A stretch of DNA of 64,000 bases from Octopus bimaculoides (GCF_001194135.2 NC_068993.1:14564020-14628019), one strand, 5' to 3'. Counted from the stretch's first letter, positions 26,982-41,354 are shown. The notes: generated by a model from the sequence alone, not told the origin. Translations and numbers: made by a program.

Positions 26982-27719
26982 GGAGTTAAACGCAGGTGTT
27001 ATTCAATTTCTTTTACTTCCGACACATGTTTCGAAGATATCATTGGTATTATTCTGAAGGAATAAAATGGTGTAAAACATTGTAATCTTCTCTTCGGGAA
27101 AATGAAGAAATAAAACTCGTCAATAAGACATTTTAACAGAATATGATGGAAATTTAAGGTAATGAACTGAATGCTAATCAAGTTTAAAAAAAAAAACGTT
27201 ATAGGATATAATGTCAAAGGTAGCCTATAGAAAGAGGCTAATTTCTAAAGGCGACTTTTGTCGTTATCTCTTCTACATTTTAGAGTCAACTGGAAGCAGC
27301 ACAAAAGAAAAAAAAATGATTACCAATATATAAATGGGAGACTGAAACAAATCTATAAAGATAAGGTGACAACGTATACGAAATTTTATAGAGCCACATT
27401 TAAAGATGGAATTAAAAACACAATCTAAAAAATGATAAATAATAAGGAAAGGACAACCGATAAAGAAGATAATAAGAAAATATTTACAAAAATTATTTAT
27501 GAAATCATCACCTTGGACTGAGAGAATTACGAATAGGAAGAAATGAAAACGTTACTGAGAAGACACAGAAAACAAAATGAAGGATGAATAGAAAAATGGT
27601 GTAGGAGGAAGACCATAAAAAATATTGTAATTAATGAAATGAGTAAATGTGAGAAAGAACGTAAGGGGAGAAAACTTGATATACGCAGTAGAAGTAAGAT
27701 AGAAAAAATATATATATTT

Positions 27720-27821
27720 ATGCGTGTGTGAGTGCATGTATGTATGTATGTATGTTTTTGTGTTTGTGTGTGTATGAGTGTATGGGTTTGCGAGTTTTTG
27801 TGTTTGCGTGGGTCTATGTAA

Positions 27822-27858
<37 letters not shown>

Positions 27859-28165
27859 CACACTTACACACAAATATATATTAATATTCATTTATTTATA
27901 TAAATGTCTATATATATATATATATGTATATATATTTACGTATATATATGTATACGTGTATATATATCCATATCTATACATATGTACATATATATATATA
28001 TATACATGTATATATATTTACGTGTATGTATATATATATACATATATACATATACATATATACGTATACATACACATACATATATATACATACATATGTA
28101 TATATATATATATGTATATATATATATGTATGTACGTATGTATGTATGTATGTATGTATGTATGC
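27720..28165. repeat. Long (TA)/(TACA)/(TATG) low-complexity tract
   Basis: Directly visible. Confidence 0.95.
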
Positions 28166-28884
28166 ATTAAAGATTAAAGAAAAAAGATACAAATCAAAGA
28201 ACAAGACTTTGATATTTTTATCTTGTCTCAAGGATTAGACGTCTGAAAATGTCACGAAATCATATCTCAAATTTCTGTAATTCACACTGACTCTATTTCA
28301 GAGGTCTTGTCATTCTGTCTGCCAAATATTAATTTAATACAATCTTAAATTTTAAAGAAATATCATTACAGCAGCTGATAAACAACACTATTAGTAATAG
28401 AAACAATAACAATATAACAAAGAGGAAAAATAAAATCTATGATAATATTGATTTATAACGTAACCAAAGTTGAAAATAAATTGTAAACAAGAACGAAGTC
28501 GATTAAAACCGTTTAATTACTGGTACTTATTACATAGAAAGTGAGTAGATGAAAGCAAATATTGGCCAAGAACGTTAAATTTAGCATCATTTTTTAAAAA
28601 ACATACTTTGACTCGGCAAACATTTCGAGGTTTGCATTTCATATTCTTCTGTTTTGAATACAATAACTAGGATATTATCGTTGCGTAAATGGTAAGTAAT
28701 TATAATACTAAGATTAATATATGTGATTAATTCTCGTAGGTACGTTTACTAGTAATTACTATCTGAGTTTATCTATTCTTATTGTTCACATATATAAACA
28801 CACTAGCTTCAATTTAAAGGAAAATACTCTTAACTAATAATTCTTTCCCCTGTTAAAAATACCCTTTGACACTTTGGGGGAAAG

Positions 28885-29045
28885 GGGAACAAATTGCTTG
28901 AATCGACTCCAGTGTTAAACTAGTACTCATTTTATCAACACCGAAAGAAAGAAAGGAAAAGTCGACCTCAGCGGAATTTGGACTCAGAGCATAAGAGGGA
29001 CGAAATGTAGTTTTGTCCGATGTGTAAACGATTCTGCAATCTCGA
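28885..29045 (-). mobile_element. SINE family B
   Basis: aatcgactccagtg..gtactcattttatcaacaccgaaag..gtcgacctcagcggaatttggactcaga..acgattctgc. Confidence 0.85.
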
Positions 29046-29099
29046 CATAAATGAGTGGTTCTTGATAAAGCCAGGTTGATACAACAGCAAAACATAGCA

Positions 29100-29910
29100 G
29101 TATAACTCTCCCCTTGAATCTCTCTCTCCCTACCTCCTACTTCCTCCCACCCACCTTTCCTCTCTTGCTCTGACTCCTACTTCTCTTCACTCCTACTTCT
29201 CTTCACCCATACTCTCTTTCTCTCTTCTCTCTTCCTCTATTCCTCTCTTCTCTCATACCCACCTTCCCCTCACCCACCCCTTCACATTCCTACCCCACCT
29301 TCCCCATCCTTCACATCCCATCCCTTAACCTCATACCCTACATCTAACCCCACCCTCTGACTACCCACATACCCTACCTCTATCCCCACCGTCAGCCTAA
29401 CCCACAACCCACCCATGCTTTCCCCACTCTCACCTCCACCACCTCCCAACACAATTACTCCACCCCACACTACACCATACCACAAAACACATCACATCAC
29501 AACACACGACAACGCATACACCAGCACTGACCAATTCCCATTCCCACATTCTCACACCTATGCATACACACGCACACGTCATGATCAGCAGCCCTCGTTC
29601 ACACGCACATACATTCTCCCTTACACTCGCGCACTTCATTTTGTTATCACTACTACTTTGTTATCTCCCTTTCTCTTATCTCTCCTGTGTGACCGTTCTT
29701 TCCGGCATTCGCCATGATAGTTCGCTAGCCACTACACATAATTTTTTCTCTCCTTTTTTCTCTCTGTGTTCCTTTCCGTGGAAGAGCGTAGGCTCGAAAC
29801 GTTAAAGACTTTTTTCAAACTCCCGAGCCTTACATTAATACATCTGTTTGTTGTCTTCGTCGTTTATTTTTTGTCTTGTGAATTCTCCCAGTATAATCGA
29901 AACTCGATGT
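29100..29910 (+). mobile_element. Penelope-like element 3' end (C-rich 3'UTR plus hammerhead-bearing terminus)
   Basis: C-rich tract leading to ctttccgtggaagagcgtaggctcgaaacgttaaag, the typical PLE pLTR architecture. No coding part present. Confidence 0.6.
29772..29807 (+). ncRNA. Minimal type I hammerhead ribozyme-like motif with degenerate core
   Basis: Stem I CUUU/AAAG, core CCGUGGA+A, stem II GAGC(GUAG)GCUC, GAAA, palindromic AC/GU stem III, GUU triplet. Confidence 0.6.
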
Positions 29911-30904
29911 TTATTTTTACGTCTACAAATGTAACGACGATACATTCTACTGCCTACCATTAACGTCATATCTTTTATGTCAACTTCTACAGGTTACAGT
30001 TCCATCATGGCTTTGTAATGTATACTTTCACTATTATCTTGTAGTGTGCCACAAAAGTATCTACTAGTCATGAAGCTACGGTGTATCAGAAGTCACTTAC
30101 AGTGACTTATCTCGTGTCTCTTTCACTTCCCTTTAATAATATATGATAACATACACTTACATGCAATATACTGAACCTAGTTAGCATAAACACGTATAGC
30201 ATTCACTACCATCTAGTCTTAAAATAAGAAATATAGAACGCTATGCGGTGGCACAAATGCATTTTCTCATAAATGTCTGATAACATCAGAATATGTTTTG
30301 ACTGAATTCTCAGTTTGAAGTGTACAGCAGTTAATATCAAAAGTTTTGCCTTTTGTAATTGAAAGAATTTCTAATATGACCTGGAGAGTCTGTTCTACTA
30401 TATGATATATTATACGAAGGGAATTTTGAAATTGCTTACAAAGCTCTCTAAGCAAATATATATAATATTCCATTTCTCGGCTCTTGCATTATCTCCAGCG
30501 GCAACGAACTGCTGTTCACTTTTATGAAAGTCACAGAGCTAGAAGCTGGGTAGCACTTAATTGGTAAAAGTACAGAAGTGCCTAGAATGATGCAAGGGAT
30601 ACATACTACACCCTACGTAGTAAATACACTCAACATCTAAGCTAACGGAAAACAATTTTATGATAATTTTATAATATACCTAATGATTATTTTTAAAAAG
30701 TAAGTGTAGCCAACCATGGCCGCGGTTCTCGGACTAAACGTTAATGTGATAACAAAAAAGATTCTAAACAAATAAAGTTTAAACTAGTTACAGTTTTCTT
30801 TTAATTCAAATCGTACAGAAAAGAGTCAGGTTACCAGGAAGTTCATGTTTTAAGTTTCAAAACATGACATATCACTCCTTTACAAACGTAGAAACAAATG
30901 ATAA

Positions 30905-31100
30905 ATAGTCCCTTCCCGAGTCATAGAGACTCATAGGGTCACTTTCCCGGTTTCCATGGCGTAGAAGTTGCCCGCCTGGACGGAACGCCGATCCTTCACA
31001 GGATTACTCATTTTGCTAGCTCAGTGGATTGGTGCAACGTGGAATGAAGTGTTTTGCTCAAGAAGACAACGTGTCACCAGGTATCTGATCTTTGCAACAA
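30905..31100 (-). mobile_element. SINE family C
   Basis: Reverse complement of 32772-32985 motifs (ttttgctcaagaagacaacg, agtggattggtgcaacgtggaatgaag, ttcccggtttccatggcgta). Confidence 0.8.
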
Positions 31101-31524
31101 GCAAAGAAACCATTTTGAAGTGGGAACAATCAATACTTGCCAGTACAATTACTGCATTCATCTTTTATAGAGATTTCATAACTAGCTTCTTTTCCCTTTT
31201 GCAAGATAAGTGATTGTAAGTCGCTTGAATTTATATAAATTGCGAACAGAAGCACGCTATTGCCATCTCTAGCAGACGAGATGTCCAGCACTGAGGAAAG
31301 GTAGAAATAGCCCTAAACCTGTCAGTATAAGGTGGTAGGAGTTCGCTTCCTGCTCACAATATATCGGATGCAGGTTGCTAGAGGGAATGTCCTCTTGGGG
31401 TGGAAAAATCAAATTAACGTCACTACGAACACAACAGCCATGATGAAGTGGCGAAAAACATTACTTGCTAGTACGGTAACTATGTTGACCTCTTACAAAG
31501 ATTTTATTACTAGCTTATATGCTC

Positions 31525-31588
<64 letters not shown>

Positions 31589-32771
31589 AATAAAATCCAT
31601 TTGCCAACGTAGATTGACAGTCCTGATAAGGACGATGTTAATGCAAGGGAGCTAATGTCCCCACTCACCCTTAAACGGTACATGCGGACCATAGTTTCTG
31701 GGTTATTTCTCATCACCAGCACAGGACAATCGTTGGCTAGAAGTAGCAGCACTAAGCCTTGTTCAAGGTATATAATGTTAAAGTGACGCAGTCACTAATC
31801 TTCCAAGGAGGAAGACAGTTAGTTTTAAATCTGTGAGCGAGAAGTAGTAACAGTACTACAGAGTAATACATATGTATGTATATATATATATATATATNNN
31901 NNNNNNNNNNNNNNNNNNNNNNNNNNNNNNNNNNNNNNNNNNNNNNNNNNNNNNNNNNNNNNNNNNNNNNNNNNNNNNNNNNNNNNNNNNNNNNNNNNNN
32001 NNNNNNNNNNNNNNNNNNNNNNNNNNNNNNNNNNNNNNNNNNNNNNNNNNNNNNNNNNNNNNNNNNNNNNNNNNNNNNNNNNNNNNNNNNNNNNNNNNNN
32101 NNNNNNNNNNNNNNNNNNNNNNNNNNNNNNNNNNNNNNNNNNNNNNNNNNNNNNNNNNNNNNNNNNNNNNNNNNNNNNNNNNNNNNNNNNNNNNNNNNNN
32201 NNNNNNNNNNNNNNNNNNNNNNNNNNNNNNNNNNNNNNNNNNNNNNNNNNNNNNNNNNNNNNNNNNNNNNNNNNNNNNNNNNNNNNNNNNNNNNNNNNNN
32301 NNNNNNNNNNNNNNNNNNNNNNNNNNNNNNNNNNNNNNNNNNNNNNNNNNNNNNNNNNNNNNNNNNNNNNNNNNNNNNNNNNNNNNNNNNNNNNNNNNNN
32401 NNNNNNNATATATATATATATATACACATACATACATACATATATGTGTGTGTATGCTGTGCGAGACTGTATAGATGTATATATACCTATAAACTTTACA
32501 AAATAAACAACATAAAAATGTATAGCAGAATATTTATGTCATATATCAACAGAAAGTAACAAGATATATCTAAAAGTGGATGTTAGTCCATTTCATGGTC
32601 CCAACAGGACAAATTGGATAAGACGTTGCACCAGAGAATGGCAAGGTGGATGTGTTGGAACAACCCCTCCGACTCACGGGGCTCGCAGTTGCGCATATCC
32701 ATCTCCGTTAGTTTCGGACCTTTCAAAGAAATACTAACTTCTAGCATTATATTATCCTAATAGATAGTAGA

Positions 32772-32985
32772 GTGGAGGCACTTGGCCTAGTGTTTAGGGT
32801 GTCAGCACCATGATCGTAAGTTTGTGGTTTCGATTCTCGGACCGGGCGACGCGTTGTATTCTTGAGCAAAACACTTCATTTCATGTTGTTCCAGTCCACT
32901 CAGCTGGCAAAAACATACGCCATTGAAACCGGGAAACCGGGCACATGACCCTGGCTAGGTTTTAAAAGAGCGCATTTATTTTTTT
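32772..32985 (+). mobile_element. tRNA-derived SINE family C, near full length
   Basis: A box TGGCCTAGTGTT, B box GGTTTCGATTCTC, central ttgtattcttgagcaaaacactt, T-rich tail. Confidence 0.85.
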
Positions 32986-33362
32986 ATTTTAATAGATAGG
33001 TAGAAACCCTGTAACAATGCATATAAACATACACACTGTTCAGACTATGACAACTGCATATATATCTTCTTGAAAAATAACATGGCCATTAATCTTCCCA
33101 TTTTGTCTTTTGCTTTGATTTGTTCATCTCCGTCTATCACTTCTTTCTTTTCCCTTTACGCTTTATTTCTCAATGTTTTGCTCCCCTCTCTCTCTCTGTG
33201 GAGTGAGTAGCTATATTTAAATATTTCTATATTGAAATATTTCAATCCTTATCCAGTTACTATCAGTATACGTTTATAAACTATCGATTTTTCAAAGCTA
33301 TCATATAAAGACACACATTAAGAGGCACATTTAATTTAGATAATCGTAAATACACAGCCACG

Positions 33363-33398
<36 letters not shown>

Positions 33399-33859
33399 TA
33401 CACACTCACACATACACACACACATGCATATATGAATATATATGTATGGATATATNNNNNNNNNNNNNNNNNNNNNNNNNNNNNNNNNNNNNNNNNNNNN
33501 NNNNNNNNNNNNNNNNNNNNNNNNNNNNNNNNNNNNNNNNNNNNNNNNNNNNNNNNNNNNNNNNNNNNNNNNNNNNNNNNNNNNNNNNNNNNNNNNNNNN
33601 NNNNNNNNNNNNNNNNNNNNNNNNNNNNNNNNNNNNNNNNNNNNNNNNNNNNNNNNNNNNNNNNNNNNNNNNNNNNNNNNNNNNNNNNNNNNNNNNNNNN
33701 NNNNNNNNNNCGTACATATACATACACACACTCACACATACGTACATATAAATATATACAATTATATATATATATATATATATATGATTGTATGTATGAA
33801 TGTATATACGTGAATATATATAAATATATGTATATATATGTACACATACATGTACAGTG

Positions 33860-33925
<66 letters not shown>

Positions 33926-35056
33926 TGTGCGTGCGCTTGAGCGTGCGTGCGTGCGTGTGTGTGTGTGTGTGTGTACGCATATATGGATATATGTATACGC
34001 ACGTATGTATATATGACTAATTTAGTATGCAAGTATGCTATTTTCTAACACTGCACTTTCATTAATGAAAATATGAAAGGGAAAAAAATTATTTCGACTC
34101 ATCGCTGGCAGCATATTTACTATGACCTTAAATTGTATATGTAGTCTTGCAACTTCTCACTAACAAAAATGAAAAAGTAAATAAATAAATAAACAACAAA
34201 AACTTCCTGCATTCTAAGATAAATTGTGTTCATTTTACATTTGATTTTTTTTTCTTTCTCTTTTGTCTTTATGGAAGCATATTTGGATGTAATGTATTCA
34301 CTGTTTAACCAGTTGCTACTCCGAACATGTTTTGAATGTTTAAGAAAGACTTTACTGGAATCGCACAGAACTTAAAGCAAACATTGATATAAACGTGAAT
34401 TAACAATCGTGGATTTTCTGACAAGCGAAGACACAAATAATAATCGACAGAAAATCTTCCAAACACATGTGCATTTTGATGTAAATTCACTTCTTTCTTT
34501 TTTTCTTATTTAAAACTTTCTTGAATGCCAATCTGCTGGATACAGAGCCAAATCTCTATTATATAACTATATGAATGAAATATATCAATAACAAACTGGT
34601 ATTCTGTGGGTGTCTAAAAGTTAAATATATTTGAAGGGAAGGGAAAAATATAATGAGCATATTAATGCCAGGCATTAGTTAGAATTTAGTTGATTGCTTG
34701 ATGTAACGCCACATTTGAGACATCGAATGAAAGATGCTAGCGCGGCGCTACAATTCCAAAACTCCGACGGCCCTAATGTTGCTGAGCAGTAAATGGTATA
34801 GAGCTTTAAATTTCGAGTTCAAATTCAACGTACATGGAATCTATGTCTCATCTTCCTGTGGTTAAAGAAATTAAGTACTAACTGCTTTCTTCCGCATATG
34901 CTTGCGTTTGATATTATTGCATTGCTACTTTATTCATGTTCTGCTATAGTGAGCGATATTTTCCCATAATTCCTAAGAAGCACTTATTTTAAAAACTCAC
35001 CGTGTTTTTGTTAAATTACATTCTTTCGTTCGTTGTCTCACCACCTCTCCCTCTCC

Positions 35057-35128
<72 letters not shown>

Positions 35129-35572
35129 CACTCCTGCCGCACACTCTAACATTCTTCACCAGACCCTTCGCATTCATCCTATTACACGCCTGGCCTTCTA
35201 AGTTTTTTTCGGTCTGCCTATTCTCTTTGACTTCCCACTTATGTCTAACATACTACCTGCAAACCTCTGCTCCGACTGTTTTAACGATATATATTTATAG
35301 ACCGCGTATCCTCACTTCAGTTGCATCCGGTTTTCTGAAGAGAAGGGGCCGTATCCAAAGGAAGAAATAAAACGCATATAAACACATACACGTACACGCA
35401 CACATCTGTGTATGTGAGTGGGTTTGTGTGTGCAACGAGGATTTCTCCATGGTTAATTTTTCCCTTAAACTCAAGCCATGTTTTAGTTTGTGTCTTTATG
35501 CATCTATGTCTAATTGTATGCGTATATGTATATAATATATATATGTATGTGTATGTATATATGTAAGTAAGT

Positions 35573-35622
<50 letters not shown>

Positions 35623-36593
35623 ATATGAATATATGTATACATCAAACGATAATGTCAGGTTTTACGGGAGGTGAATAGATATATTTATTTTCCTACGTGG
35701 TACTCATAAGTTGCATACATACACGCACACACACGCGGACATGCACACACACACGCGCGCATATAAACACACATACACACTCAGACACAGGCATTCGTAC
35801 AGACAGACAGTCAGTTAGATAGACAGACGGACATACAGGCATGTCTACACACATCAAACACGCATTTGAAACATGTTGCTTACTACATTATAATGCTGCA
35901 ACATGGAAAATCTCAACACGAAACTTATGTTTCGTTAACTATCGTGGTACAAATAATTCAATAAAAAATACCAGACAATATGAACTGTTTGAGGCTATAA
36001 ACTTCTGTACTACGGTAACATGTCCATGAACACAAAATAAATATACATATATGTGTGCATATGTATTTATATAGAGAGAAATGCAGATACAACTAGTAGG
36101 AAGAGGAATACGCACACACATATGTCTGTTTTGTATTATAATTTGTGTCTTTCACTAGTCTGTGTATATGTTTTCCCTCTTGGTTTTATACTAAATAGCT
36201 AATATATAAATTTAAGAACACTGAGTTCAGTTTTAAAATTTGAATAACGTTAGTCTCTCTGGAATTCAATGAATTAATCCAGTCCATCAACTTCTGGAAG
36301 CATTCACGTTTCCTGGATACAATACAAGCAGGGTTCATTGTTTTTCATTTTTTCTCTTTTTTAGTCGATCCTATCAAATGATGACATTTCGTGACATACT
36401 AAAAGCATCGTAAAAATGAGGAAAAAAATTCGTGAAATCAGTAAAAACAGATATTTGTAAGCCATTAGAAATAATACACAAACAATAAAGTTGAAATCAA
36501 GTGTAAATAGATAATAGCTTGACTAGAGTGATGGAATGGCTGATAAACTGATGGACAATTATATTAGATAAATAGATAGATAGATATATAGAT

Positions 36594-36653
<60 letters not shown>

Positions 36654-37469
36654 ACAAATAGATCAACAAATAGATTAGGAAATGAATGTAGGGAAACAAG
36701 GCATCAAAGAAGATGTACATCATTATACTGCGCGCACAGAAGAACGACTCACACGTGAATAAAGACACACATGTACACACATCCAACGCGCTCATATGCT
36801 TGGTACGATGTATATAAATATGTCTACATCTATCTATCTATCTCTCTATCTAACTATTTATCTATCTATCTATCTGTTTGTGTGTCTGTCTGCTTGTCTC
36901 CTTGTATACTATATTTATATCTATCTATTTCTCTGTCTATCAATCTATACACACGCGCGCGCGCGCGTACACACACACATATATATATATATATATNNNN
37001 NNNNNNNNNNNNNNNNNNNNNNNNNNNNNNNNNNNNNNNNNNNNNNNNNNNNNNNNNNNNNNNNNNNNNNNNNNNNNNNNNNNNNNNNNNNNNNNNNNNN
37101 NNNNNNNNNNNNNNNNNNNNNNNNNNNNNNNNNNNNNNNNNNNNNNNNNNNNNNNNNNNNNNNNNNNNNNNNNNNNNNNNNNNNNNNNNNNNNNNNNNNN
37201 NNNNNNNNNNNNNNNNNNNNNNNNNNNNNNNNNNNNNNNNNNNNNNNNNNNNNNNNNNNNNNNNNNNNNNNNNNNNNNNNNNNNNNNNNNNNNNNNNNNN
37301 NNNNNNNNNNNNNNNNNNNNNNNNNNNNNNNNNNNNNNNNNNNNNNNNNNNNNNNNNNNNNNNNNNNNNNNNNNNNNNNNNNNNNNNNNNNNNNNNNNNN
37401 NNNNNNNNNNNNNNNNNNNNNNNNNNNNNNNNNNNNNNNNNNNNNNNNNNNNNNNNNNNNNNNNNNNNN

Positions 37470-37503
<34 letters not shown>

Positions 37504-38449
37504 CATGCATGCATGTATGCATGCATGTATGCAACACATGCATGTATGCATAGTCCAGTGTGTGTGATTGTGGGATGAGTGAGGGAATGAGGAAATGCTG
37601 TAAGTTAAGATCGAATGGATAAAAACATAGCGTTTTAAATTAAAATTTTTCTCGATTTCATATTTTGATCCCAATGCAATTAAGTTAAAAGATAACAAAT
37701 TACTGCATATATCCCCATTCGCAATTAACTAATGAGTATTTGTTTGGTATGCTACTTTTCTCTCCTTGTCTCTCTGTCCATCTCTTCCGGATTATCCACT
37801 TACTCCCTCTAGGAGTTTAATTATGCTGTGGTAGTTCAGATACTTTAGGTTCCCGTTTGTATTATTTAGCTGTTGTTTTTGTAAAATTTTTATTCTCTTT
37901 ATTTGGAATTCTTTTTTTTTTGGTGCGGGAGGGGGCTTACAAACCTTTTACATTGTTTTGCCATAATATCCGACCCCTTTTCTTGATTTATGCTAAGGAG
38001 GATTATGTTGAAAATCACATAGGAGGAATGCATTAAGAAATGTTTTAAATTGTATATTAGGTGCCATGAAGACGCATTTCTAATATATGTAACAGTATGA
38101 CTATTGAGCGAAATATGTCTTAATTATATTTTTTAGTTTGGGTAGACTTCATGTCAGACGAGTAGTACATTAGCATGTATATTTTAGGTCAATTATCAAC
38201 AGTAAAGTTGTCATTTAAGTTTTTATCTACTCTCTATATATTTATTGTTTATAATACTTCTTTAAAAAAAAAAAAAAATCAGTATTACCCACATCGTACT
38301 TTTTCGAAAGAATTCCCTTCCCTTCATTAGACTTAGAGGAAATACCAGGTAAAACTCCATCTGATCACAATCTGTTGTCCAAAAAATAGAGAAATTAAAT
38401 ATCTTAAACCTTGATAGACCATATATGAAGAAAAAGACAGGATGATGTA

Positions 38450-38770
38450 GGCTGGCTTGGCTGCGTGGTTACGAAACTCGTTCTGCAATCACGTGGTTTG
38501 CAGTTCAGACACATTGCGTACAGATTTTGACTCATGCCTTCTACTATGATACTTGGCAGATAAATAATTTGTAAGTAAATTTAGCAACCCGCCCAAGACA
38601 GAGACATTCGTGCATATAAGTATATATATATATATATATATATTTGCTCAAAGTAGATGAACAGCCGACAACTGATGAAGGGCCGTTCGTTATGTTACTT
38701 ATCTTGTTTTCCATTTGTTACTTTCGTTGATCGCATACAATGTTGTTTACGTTTTATGACGTCCTGTACT
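38450..38770 (+). mobile_element. Degenerate SINE family A head with a different tail
   Basis: ttggctgcgtggtta..gcagttcagac..ccttctactat, then (TA)n, then aactgatgaagggcc tail. Confidence 0.55.
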
Positions 38771-39530
38771 CATATATGCATGTATATATACATATACATG
38801 TATCTACATATATGTATGTATATATGTATATATATATTTATATATATATATANNNNNNNNNNNNNNNNNNNNNNNNNNNNNNNNNNNNNNNNNNNNNNNN
38901 NNNNNNNNNNNNNNNNNNNNNNNNNNNNNNNNNNNNNNNNNNNNNNNNNNNNNNNNNNNNNNNNNNNNNNNNNNNNNNNNNNNNNNNNNNNNNNNNNNNN
39001 NNNNNNNNNNNNNNNNNNNNNNNNNNNNNNNNNNNNNNNNNNNNNNNNNNNNNNNNNNNNNNNNNNNNNNNNNNNNNNNNNNNNNNNNNNNNNNNNNNNN
39101 NNNNNNNNNNNNNNNNNNNNNNNNNNNNNNNNNNNNNNNNNNNNNNNNNNNNNNNNNNNNNNNNNNNNNNNNNNNNNNNNNNNNNNNNNNNNNNNNNNNN
39201 NNNNNNNNNNNNNNNNNNNNNNNNNNNNNNNNNNNNNNNNNNNNNNNNNNNNNNNNNNNNNNNNNNNNNNNNNNNNNNNNNNNNNNNNNNNNNNNNNNNN
39301 NNNNNNNNNNNNNNNNNNNNNNNNNNNNNNNNNNNNNNNNNNNNNNNNNNNNNNNNNNNNNNNNNNNNNNNNNNNNNNNNNNNNNNNNNNNNNNNNNNNN
39401 NNNNNNNNNNNNNNNNNNNNNNNNNNNNNNNNNNNNNNNNNNNNNNNNNNNNNNNNNNNNNNNNNNNNNNNNNNNNNNNNNNNNNNNNNNNNNNNNNNNN
39501 NNNNNNNNNNNNNNNNNNNNNNNNNNNNNN

Positions 39531-39626
39531 AAGAAGAAGAAGAAGAAGAAGAAGAAGAAAAAGAAGAAGAAGAAGAAGAAGAAGAAGAAGAAGAAGAAGA
39601 AGAAGAAGAAGAAGAAGAAGAAGAAG

Positions 39627-39656
<30 letters not shown>
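39531..39656 (+). repeat. (GAA)n microsatellite
   Basis: Directly visible, abutting a gap. Confidence 0.98.
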
Positions 39657-39657
<1 letters not shown>

Positions 39658-40910
39658 GGATTAGATTAATTTGATTGAATTTTACGAAGTTGGTTGTCCC
39701 AGCATGGCCGTTATCCAACGAATGAAATTATGCGTTTTTCCGATAGATGTATAATGCAGTGTCCCTCAATGAACATCATGAATGGCTGTTTCGAAACATG
39801 CTATTATCTTAACATTTTCACCGAGAAAATAATTGAGCTTGACAGAGAATAGAGATGTACATTATTTTGAACTTGTTTAATAACATTACTCTGGATACTA
39901 TGAACATCCATTTCAGAATGTTCAAGAGGAATAGAATCTACCTTAGCATTATCAGCAATAAAATTAATGAATTGTTTTCACTTGACGTGGGTGAAATAAT
40001 ATTGATGCAGCTATGTATGTTGCAATTATGTGCTATCAGATTATAAAGGTTTCCTTAAAACAAACGTCATTTACGAGTAGATTTAATTCATTTTGTATAC
40101 AAAGGTATATGTTTCAGATACAGCTATTATTATACTTAGTTGTAATGTTGTACAATAGACCAGAACATTACAGCTGATGCTATGTGTTAGCACGACACAT
40201 CCCTAGCGCTCATTGTGTTCCTGTATATTAATCATTTCTCTCAACAATAGCAATGCGATATTTCCATAGTAATCAAATGGTATCATTGATATATTACTGA
40301 AAACGGGACCCTGTGAAGGATATTTTACTAAAGCGATACAATGGTGATTTTAGTAGTATTAGACATGATAGATAATTGAATGCATTTCAAATGCTGAGAT
40401 GATGTATTCTCATTGAAAAGCAGCGATATCATATGGAAGTAATTTGATAGAGAAAATATAAAAGACAACATGATTTTAAATAATATTTTGAAATAATTAA
40501 GACTATATAGAAAAATTGCTACGAGCAAAAAAAATGTGAAGAATTGGCCAGTCTTCTATAATTCTTGATATATGAAGATTTCATATCAATGAAATAAATC
40601 CAATTAACAGTATTAGCAAATGACGAGAAATTTGGGATACGATTTTTTTGTTTCTTTTTTGTAAAATAATGAATACTTTTTAAGAGTATATTGCGCGAAA
40701 TTCCCTCCTGTTATCTCCAAGTGTCACCTAGTGAAGTGATTACTCAGTGTTATAAAAATTGGAAAACAGCGTGTGATTGAAGACAAACAAGGGATATAAT
40801 CGCAATATGTGTAATTCGTAATATATAATGTAATTCTGATTGACAATATTTCTCATCCACTTACTAGTTTTAATAAAACATGAATTTACGTAAATAATAT
40901 TAATAACATA

Positions 40911-41354
40911 GGTGGTGTGGCAATGTGGTGTGGCTAAATTGATCCCAACTGCATGGGTCCGTGTTCAGTCCCACCGTGTGGAATCTAGGTCAAGCGTCTT
41001 CTATATCCTTAGGTTGAAAGTTTTGTGAGTAGAGTAGTACACATAAACTCAAAGAAGCCTGTCATATATATATATATATATAACTAAAGAGAGTGAGAGA
41101 GAGAAAGGGAGGTACATATGCATATGTGTGTGTGTGTGTTTGTTTGTGTCCGTATTTGCCCCCACCGTCGCTTGGCGACCGGTGATGGAGTGTTTAGGTC
41201 TTGTAACTTAGTGGTCCGCTTGAAGATTTCGATAGAATAAGAACCAGGCTTTAAATACATAAGTGCTGAGGGTGATTCATTCCCCTAAAAGTTCGAATCA
41301 GTACTCCAGGATGGTCACAGTCCCTGATTGAAACAGGTTAAAGATAAAAGAATA
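40911..41354 (+). mobile_element. SINE family A, full length, diverged
   Basis: Head gtgttcagtcccaccgtgtgg..caagcgtcttcta, internal (TA)/(GA)/(TG), tail gtactccaggatggtcacagtc..gaaacaggttaaagataaaagaa. Confidence 0.85.

Noticed and set aside
35325-35370. CTGAAGA after a C/T-rich tract (possible PLE end)
   Set aside because: No stem II or GAAA; hammerhead not supportable.
38670-38690. CTGATGAAGGGCC
   Set aside because: No downstream GAAA or stems.
38657-39718. Long ORFs (300+ aa) with poly-E/R/F, and all other X-rich ORFs
   Set aside because: N-gap read-through plus microsatellite translation.
39700-40560. Several 50-60 codon open stretches on both strands
   Set aside because: No splice boundaries or recognisable motifs.
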